Part shown: positions 1 through 9,625 of the stretch, in pieces
Layout: the number at the start of each line of letters is the position of its first letter
Numbering within the stretch: the stretch's first letter is position 1
Assembly (NCBI GenBank): GCA_963749495.1
Contig: CAVVMW010000005.1
Coordinates: 288,001 to 352,000 of the forward strand
Length of the DNA stretch: 64,000 nucleotides
From: an uncultured bacterium
Lineage (GTDB): Bacteria > Verrucomicrobiota > Verrucomicrobiia > Limisphaerales > UBA8199
Direction: 5' to 3'
Position numbers and translations under genes: made by a program
The notes under the pieces: model-generated
The model's input: the letters and a program-made list of their open reading frames with translations, nothing else
Database searches by the model: none
Told to the model about the DNA's origin: nothing

Positions 1-249
1 CCTCCAGCATTGAGCTTAAGGTGAGCGGGGCGCTTTTCAGAACGTTCCACCGTGTGGATTGTCGGTGCATTTCGTATCTCCGTTCCTGCAGGAAGTTGCC
101 GGCGCCATGCCCACGCTTGCGCGTCTCGAACCACAAGATGCGCTGGCAACCCCGCGCGGTGGAAAGGTTGCAGCCCTTCGCCAGCATCTCCGCCTGCTGG
201 GTATCGCGCTTAGGCTCAGCCTTGATGGGGGCCGAGGATCCCGGCCGCC

Positions 250-590
250 TCATCCATTAGTGACCGGCTTCATCCAGATCAGTTGCTGGTCGAAACTGCG
301 CGCCATTTTGTAAGGCTTGATGTAGTCCTTGAGCGGCGGACCGACGATGTCGATTTTGGTCAGGTCGCCCTGGCCCAGCCCAGCCTGGGCGCAATAATTC
401 AGGTAACCGACCTTGGCGAAATCGATCCCCATCAACTCCAGGGCGACACGGTCGGCGGCCAGCCAGTCCGGGCTGACCACGCAGACGCGAGAATTGACCG
501 GCGTGCCGCCAGCCGGGCCCTCGCCTTCCATCCCCTCGTAGCCGTCGATCACTGCCAGGTGCGGGTGGAGCCGCGCGGCCAGAGTGAACA
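250..590 (-). pseudogene. DUF362 (Fe-S) family protein, C-terminal fragment
   Basis: VIDGYEGMEGEGPAGGTP...AADRVALELMG motif; no N-terminal part upstream. Confidence 0.6.
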
Positions 591-677
591 GGCTTATGGT
601 TCATGGTGGAATGGTTCCTTTCTTTCTCGGTATCAAGGGGATAGTGTGTGTTTCTTAATCGGCGTCTGGCGCGCGGG

Positions 678-1775
678 TTACTTCTGTGGGCCCCGGGTCT
701 GGAAGGCCTTCTGGTGGCCTTTTGCCGGGATGCTCACGACGTAGCTTTGGCCGTCAGGCGCCACCGAGAGTTTGATGTAGTTGGCGGCGCAGTTTCTTTC
801 GAGGTTCGCGATGCAGTCGTCCGTAGTGTTGTTCTGGCTGTCACGCCGCAGGTTTTTGTGGAGCTGGTACATGGCTTGGATGGAAGGTGTGGCCTTGAGG
901 GTCGCGAAGGTTTCGGGTTCGCAGCCCTTGGTCGGGCCGTTGACCATGACGCTCACGGTGGGCGCGAGGCTGCGCACGAGGAATGGGTGGTTGCTGCGGT
1001 CCAGCCCGTGGTGGGTTACCTGAAACACGTCCACTTCGCCGACCAGATTGATGGGACAGACCAGTTGTTTCTCGAAGTCCCACAGCAAATCCGCGGCGTC
1101 GAAGAAGCGGAACGGACCGAAGGCGAGGAGCAACACGACGCTGTTGGGATTGTCGTCGCCCACACGCGACTTCTCGGGCGCGTTGCCGCAGATGGGATTC
1201 GTCCGGGTGTTGCCGTCCACGGCCGCTTTGATGAACTGCTGCTTGGCGGCCAGGCAGCGGAGGGTGACGCGGGCGGTGGCGGGGCTGTCGGATTGCCTGA
1301 GCGGCAGGACATCGCCAGGGGCGATGATGTGGCGTTTGCCGACGTTCATCTCGCGGTAGGGCTTCATTCGTTCAGGAAACCGTGCGTCATCGCGGCCACT
1401 CGGGTCTTTGGTCGGGATGCCGTTGTCCCAGAGGTTGCGGATGGGCAGGAGCCGGGCGAGGTCGGGCGCGCCGCCGTAATGGTCAACATCGAAGTGGGTC
1501 GTGACGAGATGATCGATGTGGTCCAAACCCGCCACCTCGGTCACCACGCGATGGATGCGACCGGCGTCCCGATCACCGGGCACGCCGCTGTCCACCTCAA
1601 TGGCTTCTCCGGCCGGGGTGACAATCAGCGTGCCGCCACCGCCTTCCACGTCCACCCAGTAGATGTCCAGCGTTTGATCCTTGAGCCCCGCGACGGCGGT
1701 AGCGATCAGCGCCATCAGCAGGCCAAGGGGGTATATCCATCTGTGCGAAGTTGCGTTCATGCGTCGGTTTCTCAT
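678..1775 (-). CDS. Secreted MBL-fold metallo-hydrolase (ComEC/Rec2-like)
   Basis: Signal peptide, DVEGG, THFDVDHYGG and HHG motifs. Confidence 0.85.
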   Translation of the reverse strand: MRNRRMNATSHRWIYPLGLLMALIATAVAGLKDQTLDIYWVDVEGGGGTLIVTPAGEAIEVDSGVPGDRDAGRIHRVVTEVAGLDHIDHLVTTHFDVDHYGGAPDLARLLPIRNLWDNGIPTKDPSGRDDARFPERMKPYREMNVGKRHIIAPGDVLPLRQSDSPATARVTLRCLAAKQQFIKAAVDGNTRTNPICGNAPEKSRVGDDNPNSVVLLLAFGPFRFFDAADLLWDFEKQLVCPINLVGEVDVFQVTHHGLDRSNHPFLVRSLAPTVSVMVNGPTKGCEPETFATLKATPSIQAMYQLHKNLRRDSQNNTTDDCIANLERNCAANYIKLSVAPDGQSYVVSIPAKGHQKAFQTRGPQK

Positions 1776-1793
1776 AGGTTTTGATGGCGGTGG

Positions 1794-1895
1794 TCAGCAG
1801 GCAATGGAATCCGTCTGGCCCAGGGCCCGGACTTTTTCATGGCCAGCATCCCGCAAATAGAGCCGAACAAGATAGCTGGTATCGAAGTAGAGCAT
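1794..1895 (-). pseudogene. PIN-domain (VapC) toxin, N-terminal fragment
   Basis: Reads [25 protein letters not shown]... then stops after 33 aa; start overlaps the antitoxin stop. Confidence 0.7.
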
Positions 1896-2158
1896 TAGAC
1901 GCGGTCCTCCCGGTCTTCGGAAATGGCTTGCGTGATGTCAGTGCCTCCGCCCGTATTGCCGCTCTCTATGAGCCGGCGCACTGATTCACTAACGAACTTG
2001 CGATGGGCGAAGTACGGGACTTCCGCCGGTTCGGCTTCCGGCAGAATTTTGGCGATCACCCGGCCGTTGTGAGTGACGCGGATTTCGCCATGCCGGGAGG
2101 CTTGCCGGACAAGTTCACCCGTCCGGCTGTGGAGTTCTCTAATCGTTATTGTTTTCAC
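1895..2158 (-). CDS. Phd/YefM-family antitoxin
   Basis: [10 protein letters not shown]...[17 protein letters not shown] pattern; directly upstream of the PIN fragment. Confidence 0.8.
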   Translation of the reverse strand: MKTITIRELHSRTGELVRQASRHGEIRVTHNGRVIAKILPEAEPAEVPYFAHRKFVSESVRRLIESGNTGGGTDITQAISEDREDRV

Positions 2159-2370
2159 GTGCCACAATGTGACACACCCAGGGCAAGGGCGTCAATTCCA
2201 CAACCCCACGGCTGGCGGTCGTCCGTTACAGCACCGATGCCCCATCGCGCATCGCATTCTCGCCGGAGAGCACAAGACCTTCATCACCACCACAGCGCTG
2301 AGTACAGGCGGGCGCGCGAAAAGCAATTTCCTATCAGTGGCGCCACCCGCGAGTTGGTGCCATGTTGGCG

Positions 2371-5118
2371 CTACTTCAGTTCGATCTGGGTGGAGGCGGT
2401 GGTCAGGCCCTCGGACTTGGCCGTCACGGTGATAATCCCGGCCTGTCCGCGCTTCGCCTTCAGGATGGCCAGGGCCAAGCCGTTGAAGGCCTTGCGTTCC
2501 TTCGAGGAAAAGGCCACGAGGTCGGTGGCGTCGCCGTTGTCGGTGGCGACGATCTCGCCGGGACCGGAAATCTCGAAGGTGATCGGGTTCTTGGAACGCG
2601 GGACCATCAGGCCGTCCTTGTCGGCAACGGTGAGCGTGACGAAGGAAAGGTCGTGGCCGTCGCCGGCGATGGCGGCACGGTCAGGCTTGAGGAACAACTG
2701 CGTGGCGGCCCCGGTGGTCTTGACGGTGTCGGTGGCCCATTCCTTGCCGGCCTTGTAGGCGACGACCTTGAGTTCGCCGGGAGTGCAGGCTGCGTCATCC
2801 CAGCGGATGCGGTACGCCGGCTGGCCATTGATCTGTTGGTTGACGGAGCCTTCGAAGATCTTCTTCTTGCGGCCCAGCGACTTGCCGTTGAGGAAGAGCT
2901 CGGCCTCGTCGCCGGAGGTGTAAACATGGACGGGCGTGACCTGACCGGCGCGATCCGGCCAGTTCCAGTGCGGCAGAATGTGGGCCATTGGGAAATCGGG
3001 ACGCCACTGGGCCTGGTAGCAGTAGAAGCGATCTTTGGGGAAGCCCGCCAGGTCAATGATGCCGAAGTAGGAGGAGCGCGAGGGGTCGCCGCCGCCGCCC
3101 CAGGGGGTGGGTTCTCCGATGTAGTCAAAGCCGGTCCAGACAAACTCGCCGGCGACGGCGGCGGAGTGGTCCTGGCCGTAGAATTCGTGGTCGGGGGAGG
3201 TGGCCCAGCTTGGATAGTACAGGTCGTAGGAACTCATCTGGTGGCTCGCGTTATCCTGGCTGACCGGCGGGGTTGTGCCGGTGGTGCCGCCGCGTCCGCC
3301 GCGTCCAGTGATCGAACCGAAGCCCGGTCCAACCACCGGGAAGAAATACTCGCCCCGGGAGGAGATGGTGGAGGCCGATTCAGTGCTGAAGAAGAACTGG
3401 GCGGGGTAACTCTGGTGGAAACTGATGTAGTTGTCGGGCTTGTAGTTGAAGCCCATGGCGTCGAGCAGAGTGCTGAAACCATTCCGCGCGGCCTCGGCGC
3501 CGTTGCACGCGGCGGTGACGGGGCGTGTGGGGTCTTCAGAATGCACAATCGCGGCGAGTTCCTTGGCGATGGCAGAGTTGGCGCCCTGGCTCTGTTCGGC
3601 GATCTCATTGCCGATGCTCCAGGCGAAAACGCTGGGGTGGTTGCGATCCCGGCGGACGAGCGCGCGTTGATCCTGTTCATGCCACATGTTGAAGAGGTTG
3701 GCGCCGCCGTAGTCATTGGCGCGCTTGGTGCTGCCCCACGTGTCGAAGGATTCATCCAGGACCATCATGCCGTAGCGGTCGGCCAGGTCGAGGAGTTCCG
3801 GCGTGGGGGGATTGTGGCTGGTGCGGATGGCGTTGCAGCCCATGTCCTTGAGCATCTCGACTTGGCGCTGCAGGGCGCGGAAGTTGATTGCGGTGCCCAG
3901 GGCGCCCAGATCGTGGTGATCGCAGACGCCGTTGAGTTTGACGTGCTCGCCGTTGACGAACAGGCCCGCGTTGGGGTCGTATTTGAAGGTGCGGATGCCG
4001 AAGGGAGTCTCGTAGGAATCAACCACCGCGCCATTCTGGGTCACGGTGGTGACGGCCACGTAGCGGTTGGGGGTCTTGGGGCTCCAGAGCTTGGGATTGG
4101 CCAAGGATGTTTTGGTGTCAACCGAAGCGCTCTTCCCCGCGGCCACCGGGGTGTTGATGGCCGCGATGGAAGCCACAGCCGCACCGGTGCGCTGCCCGTT
4201 GGCATCCAGGGCGAAGATCTGCGTGGCCACGCTGACGTTCACGTCCGCCTTGGCTTTATTGTCAACCGTGACCTTCAGCGTCACGGCAGCGTTGCTGGCC
4301 GTGACCTCCGGCGTGGTGACGAACGTCCCCCACTGCGCGATGTGAACCGGCGCGGTCTTGGTCAGCCAGACGTTGCGGTAGATGCCGCCGCCGGGATACC
4401 ACCGTGACGACCTGGATGGATTGTCCAGGCGGATGGCCAGGACGTTGTCCGCGCCGGTTTTGACGCAGGGCGTCAGGTCCACGCGCCAGGAGGTGTAGCC
4501 ATAGGGCCAGCCGCCCACGATCTGGCCGTTGCACCAGACGGTCGTGTACGACATCGAGCCGTCGAGATCGAGGAATATCTGTTTGCCGGCGTCGCCGGCG
4601 GGGATGGACAGATGCTTGCGATACCAGGCGACGCCGAAGAACGGCAAACGCCCCATAGCGCCGTCCGAGCCGGCCTGGCCGGGCGGAATGAAGGCGCCGT
4701 TGACGCCGAAGTCGTGGGGCAGATCTAGTTGACGCCAGTCGGCGTCGCTGAATGTGGGGGCGACGTAAGTGATGGCGCCGCCGAAGTTGCCGTCGGGTTT
4801 GACGTAGCGCTTGGCGGGATCGGCGATGAAATCGTTGCCCGTCGGCAGGATGTAAGCGGCAATCCCGCTGGTGGGGACCGCGCCCCTTCCGCGGGGATAG
4901 GCGAGAATATCGGCGATGCCGGCGGGGTCGTCCTTCGTGAACCGCCAGTCATCGTTGATCGAAATGCGTTCGCGCGGCGAAGTGGGGGCAACGGCGGCCA
5001 TAACGACTCCCGTTTGCAGCACGACCACTGCGACGCTGGCTGCCAGCAGCAGCGAGGTGCGGCCAAAGGTTGACAGGCTGAGGTTTGTGGGCTTCATGAA
5101 TTCGTTTTTCGTTCTCAT
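2371..5118 (-). CDS. GH2 beta-galactosidase-like glycoside hydrolase
   Basis: RWYPGGGIYR, CDHHDLGALG, IRTSHNPP, WSIGNE, WTGFDYIGEPTP motifs. Confidence 0.92.
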   Translation of the reverse strand: MRTKNEFMKPTNLSLSTFGRTSLLLAASVAVVVLQTGVVMAAVAPTSPRERISINDDWRFTKDDPAGIADILAYPRGRGAVPTSGIAAYILPTGNDFIADPAKRYVKPDGNFGGAITYVAPTFSDADWRQLDLPHDFGVNGAFIPPGQAGSDGAMGRLPFFGVAWYRKHLSIPAGDAGKQIFLDLDGSMSYTTVWCNGQIVGGWPYGYTSWRVDLTPCVKTGADNVLAIRLDNPSRSSRWYPGGGIYRNVWLTKTAPVHIAQWGTFVTTPEVTASNAAVTLKVTVDNKAKADVNVSVATQIFALDANGQRTGAAVASIAAINTPVAAGKSASVDTKTSLANPKLWSPKTPNRYVAVTTVTQNGAVVDSYETPFGIRTFKYDPNAGLFVNGEHVKLNGVCDHHDLGALGTAINFRALQRQVEMLKDMGCNAIRTSHNPPTPELLDLADRYGMMVLDESFDTWGSTKRANDYGGANLFNMWHEQDQRALVRRDRNHPSVFAWSIGNEIAEQSQGANSAIAKELAAIVHSEDPTRPVTAACNGAEAARNGFSTLLDAMGFNYKPDNYISFHQSYPAQFFFSTESASTISSRGEYFFPVVGPGFGSITGRGGRGGTTGTTPPVSQDNASHQMSSYDLYYPSWATSPDHEFYGQDHSAAVAGEFVWTGFDYIGEPTPWGGGGDPSRSSYFGIIDLAGFPKDRFYCYQAQWRPDFPMAHILPHWNWPDRAGQVTPVHVYTSGDEAELFLNGKSLGRKKKIFEGSVNQQINGQPAYRIRWDDAACTPGELKVVAYKAGKEWATDTVKTTGAATQLFLKPDRAAIAGDGHDLSFVTLTVADKDGLMVPRSKNPITFEISGPGEIVATDNGDATDLVAFSSKERKAFNGLALAILKAKRGQAGIITVTAKSEGLTTASTQIELK

Positions 5119-5189
5119 CTATCACTGGCACATCGTATCAAGACCGTCCGGTTCGTCAACTGTCCGAAAACTCGAACGACGTTGAACGA

Positions 5190-5420
5190 CCTGGAACGCT
5201 TGTGACGCGTCGAGCGGTGGTTTCAACCGCCTGTTCCGGTTTATCACCGGCGGAAACGAGGCGAAGCAGAAGATTGCCATGACGACGCCGGTGTTGATGT
5301 CCGGGTTCGCTGACCGGGTGCGCTGTCACTGGCTTTGGGCCAGTCCGTTACCGGCGGCCCTCGATTCGGTCAAGTCTGGCCCGCTGTTCTGCGGCGGCAT
5401 CACGGCATTCAAACCGGCAG
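5190..5420 (+). pseudogene. Fused fragments: SOUL haem-binding protein piece plus Zn-dependent alcohol/aldehyde dehydrogenase piece
   Basis: GGFNRLFRFITGGNEAKQKIAMTTPV (SOUL-like) runs directly into GFADRVRCHWLWA...PLFCGGITAFKP (Ahr-like). Confidence 0.55.
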
Positions 5421-5563
5421 CTTTCGCCGCTCGACATCCACCTGCCCGCCTGGCAGCATGGGGCCAGTATGAGCGCGACCGAAAACCAACTCTCCCTCAC
5501 CCGTGCAGCGTCAATGAAAGAGCGGAGCGAAAAAAGGAAATTCTTGTGAATAATCTGCGTCCG

Positions 5564-6583
5564 ATGAGACTGGCGGCTTTTCTGTGGACTCTGGCTTTGA
5601 CCGCATTCGGGCAGCACTCGGCTCGTCAGCAGGGGGACGTTGTTCGCCTCGAGGACGCCAAGAGCCAAACGGTGGTTTCCGTGATGCCCTCACATGGCAA
5701 CAACGCCTTCGAGATGAAGGTAAAGGGGAAGAATGTGCTGCAATTCCCCTTCGCCTCGGCCGCTGAATTCAAGCGCCGGGGAGGCTTGAGCGGCATTCCC
5801 TTCCTGGCCCCGTGGGCCAACCGGCTCGACGAAATGGCGTTCTACGCGAATGGGAAGAAGTATCTGCTCAACGCGGGATTGGGCAATGTCCGGGGTCCCA
5901 TCCCCATCCATGGGTTCCTCACGACGGCCCCGTGGGAGGTGGTGGAGGTCAAAGCCGACCAGGAGGCCGCATGGGTGACCAGCCGGATCGAGGTTTACCG
6001 GCAGCCCGACTGGATGGCGCAATTTCCGTTCGCCCACACCATCGAAATGACCTGCCGATTGACGGACGGCACCCTCGAGGTGGCGGTAAAGCTCAACAAC
6101 CTGAGCGCCGCGCCCATGCCGGTGGCCATTGGATTTCATCCCTACTTTCAGGTCAACGACGCTCCGCGCGACGATTGGACGTTTTCGGTCGGAGCGAAAA
6201 CGCATTGGATCGCCACGCGAAACATCCCGACGGGAGAGACGCAGCCGATCGAGAAGGTGATTCCCAATCCCAAGGGCGGGTCGCTAAAGGGCATGAAGCT
6301 CGACGACGTGTTCGGGGACTTGATCCGGGACCCGTCCGGCAAGGCGACCATGTGGGTCCAAGGCAAATCCGAGAGGGTGGAAGTCGCGTTCGGCCCGAAA
6401 TACCACGCGGCTGTGGTGTGGTTTCCGGCTGGATCCAGGCAAGACTTCATCTGTTTTGAGCCGATGGCCGGAATCACCGACTCGATGAACCTGGCGCAGA
6501 AGGGCCTCTATAAGGATCTGCAATACATCCCGCCGGGCCAGAGCTGGCAGGAGAGCTTCTGGATCAAGCCCAGCGGTTTCTGA
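5564..6583 (+). CDS. Aldose 1-epimerase family protein
   Basis: PFLAPWANR, IHG, GFHPYF, FICFEPM motifs; signal peptide. Confidence 0.88.
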   Translation: MRLAAFLWTLALTAFGQHSARQQGDVVRLEDAKSQTVVSVMPSHGNNAFEMKVKGKNVLQFPFASAAEFKRRGGLSGIPFLAPWANRLDEMAFYANGKKYLLNAGLGNVRGPIPIHGFLTTAPWEVVEVKADQEAAWVTSRIEVYRQPDWMAQFPFAHTIEMTCRLTDGTLEVAVKLNNLSAAPMPVAIGFHPYFQVNDAPRDDWTFSVGAKTHWIATRNIPTGETQPIEKVIPNPKGGSLKGMKLDDVFGDLIRDPSGKATMWVQGKSERVEVAFGPKYHAAVVWFPAGSRQDFICFEPMAGITDSMNLAQKGLYKDLQYIPPGQSWQESFWIKPSGF

Positions 6584-6619
6584 GACGCGCGACTCCGTGA
6601 CCCGACGCCGGAACCGGAA

Positions 6620-7080
6620 TTGCTTAAGCTCGCATCAGCACTTATGGGGACCTCACCTCCTAAACAAATCACTGTTCGCCTGGCTGCCGTGGCCTTGCTT
6701 GGTGGCCTGCTCGCCGGCGCCAGAACGGGCAGGGCCGCCGAACCGGCCAGCACCGCCAAACTGCAACAGGCTTTCGTCCAGCCGGCAGCGACGCGGCACT
6801 GATAACACGGCATGAAAGTTTGGATTGAGGGTGACTGCGGTTATCCCGACGGCTTCGCCGGCGGGCTGATCAGCAAGGACTATCCACAGTTGGGCATGCA
6901 AGGCATCCTCGCCGACGCGCGCTGCACAGTCGCCGCCGGCCAGACGCTCGATATTCCGCTGCCCGTTGATACACTGGGCATCCTGGCCTATCCGCGCCCC
7001 GAGGCAGCGGCGCCGGCTGCGGACACGCCTGCGCGGACGGTCAAGCAGTTCCCTCTGCCGGCCGACGGAAACTTGTCGTC
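6620..7080 (+). pseudogene. Glycoside hydrolase (GH106-like) N-terminal fragments
   Basis: Signal peptide then, after a frame break, MKVWIEGDCGYPDGFAGGLI; truncated. Confidence 0.45.
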
Positions 7081-7192
7081 CGGATCAATGGCCAGACGCT
7101 CTCCGACACCCCGCCCATTTTCATGCTCAGGTCATTTCGTGCTGCGTTCTTGGTGATCATTTCGACACTGTTGCGTTTCCTGGGTTCCAGCG

Positions 7193-7314
7193 TCTCATTA
7201 GCACCCCGCTTCAGCGGGGTGTCAGACGCTCCTGGCGCCAGGGGAGCCGTTTCAACGGCTTCTAGGGCTCCCGCTCGACCTGAACACCGGGCTGGAAGCC
7301 CGGTGCTAATGAGA
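7193..7314. repeat. REP/REPIN-like composite palindrome
   Basis: 13-bp inverted ends TCTCATTAGCACC...GGTGCTAATGAGA with internal hairpins (CCCCGCTTCAGCGGGG, GCCGTTTCAACGGC). Confidence 0.75.
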
Positions 7315-7346
7315 GGAGATTTGCGAGGGAATTCAGCATTGTGGAG

Positions 7347-9285
7347 TTACTCAGCGGCAAAAACGCGAAACGAATGAGCTGGAACGGGCACCTCGAATGA
7401 GGTGCCCGCGCCGGCGCCGCCAAATCCGCCGCGCCCGCCACGGCCAGCGCGGTTCTCGGACCCGGCGAGGGTCTCGCCGGACAGCAGGTCGTGCAGCCGG
7501 GTGGCGCGGAGAACCGAGACGCGCGCACTCACCGGCTGTGGCCGGAAGTTCTGGACGATAAGCGTGTGGTTGTCGTAGGCGAAGAGGCTGACGTGATCGG
7601 GCGCGTCGAGGCTGACGAACACATCGCGGCCAAGCAGGGTTCGAATCTGATTCAGGATGCTCTGAGGCAGGCGATAGAGATCGGCGAAATCGTCAGGGAT
7701 GGCCAATACGGAGAACGTGCCTTGGCCGTAGGTGGCCGAGACGGCCATGGGATAGCCGGAGAGGGCGGTGTTGAAGTTAATGGCAAGCCGGTTGTCGTTC
7801 TCGAAGCGGCGGATTTGAGGAAGGAGGATGTTCAAGTCGGGTTCGGAAGCTGTGGCTGCTCCGCCGCCACGGCCACTGCTGAAGCGCGTGGCAATGACGC
7901 GGCGGCCGGCGACCTGGATCTCGGCGATGTCCTGAAAACCTCTGTCACCGAGCGCCTCGATTAAACCCGTGGTGGCGATGACATGACCGCCGGCTTGCAC
8001 GAATTTCTTGACCTTCGGGACGAGGTCTTTGTCGTAACTCGATGCCGCCGTGAGGAAGATGGCGGGGGCGTTGGCAGGGAATTCAGGAACCAGGTCAATG
8101 GGAACGCCGATCATGCCCAGGTAGTTGGGAAGATACGGTTCACCGACCGAGTTGCAGGGCTTGTAGGTGGCGACGCCGATGGGCTTGGCGAGCTTGCCGA
8201 GGAAGCGGTCGAGCAACTCGGCAGAGTAGCCGGCGATTCGAGCGACCATGTTGGGCGAGTAGCTCGAGCCGTCGGGCTGTGGGATGGGCGCCCTGAGTTT
8301 GGCGATGTTCAGGCTGGCGTTGGCATCCGGCTCGCCTCCCCGGTTGCCGGCGTTCAGGCCGGCCATGATTTGCATCGAATTGAAGAGGGTGATTTCGGGA
8401 ACTTTTGCAAAGAACGTGTCCCACATTTGCTCGGCGTAACGTTCCACATCCCGGCCACCGTCAATCCAGCCGCCCTGGTTGCCGCTGGGCTTGATGTTGT
8501 TGAAGTACCGGGTCTGAAGGTAGCTCTGGTAGGATTGAAGGCGCTGGCCGGAATTGGCGTCGCGCGTCTCTGTGCCGGTGTAGATGGCATCGTACAGCTT
8601 CGGCTCGACCGCGAGGTCGTAGCCCAGGCCCTGGAAGCTCTCGTACCAGTTCGGGTACTTGATGATGATCCTCACCTTGGGGTTAATCGCCTTGGCCGGG
8701 CCGATGATGAGGTCCCTCGATACGTCGTCCAATTGTTCGGTCCGGAACCGGGTCCAGCTCTTGTCGCCCTTGGCGGCGATGCACCGGTCGCATTTGCAGT
8801 TCGAGAAAAAGAAGTCGTCCAGAATGATCTCGTCGAAGTGCCGGGCGGTGAATTCGGTCATTGCCTTGACCTTCTCGCGGTCGGCCGTGGTGCTGTAGCA
8901 GTAGGACTGGAACCCGTTGGGTTCATTGGCGGTCAGGCCCAGGCCGGCGGAGGTTTTGATTCCCCTGTCGCCGAAAAACTTCTTCATCGTGGTCACATCG
9001 GACTCGGTGGCCAGTTGGGCATTGCGCGTAGTCTCGAGATAGAACCTTGTCCACCCGGACCTGCTTTTCCACGTTCGCCCATTGGTTGGAAAAACGGTCG
9101 AGGTTGGCCGGAATGGAGTGCACCTCCTGGTAGCGGAAATAGACGGCGATGCTGAGGTTAGTGTAGCCGCCGGCCTGGGCTGCAGCCATGGACAGGATCA
9201 GCGCCAGGAGAACAAACCGGCAAGCCGTGTTCGAGTGCCCAGCTAATTTTGAACCGAACTCTAGTTCAGTAGGCATGCTTTTCAT
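7347..9285 (-). pseudogene. Secreted hypothetical glycoside-hydrolase-like protein, frameshifted near 9040
   Basis: ORFs 8923-9285 (signal peptide) and 7347-8996 (FDEIILDDFFF, KYPNWYE) join by one frameshift. Confidence 0.6.
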
Positions 9286-9625
9286 GGGTTGGTCTTCAAG
9301 TTGGTTTTATTGATGAAACAGGGTGAGTAGGCGCCGAGCATGAGGCACAGGACCCGGGGGGCTGAGCCGAAATTGAGACCCCAGTCGGTTTCGTGGTCTT
9401 TAGTCTTTCGATGCCACATCTTAATAACCTCTATCCCGCACGACCGTTCAAAAGCTGACAGGAATTGTTGACATGTCGATACTTGATTCTGCGGTTGAGA
9501 ACCCCCGGCGAGCGCCCAGCACCGAGGCCCCCGGCCCGTCCGGGGGCACTTTCTGTGGGACAACGGCGGCCCAACCGCGTAAATTATGCTTTGATTTCAG
9601 CAGCCGTTTGACTACTCTGCAAGCC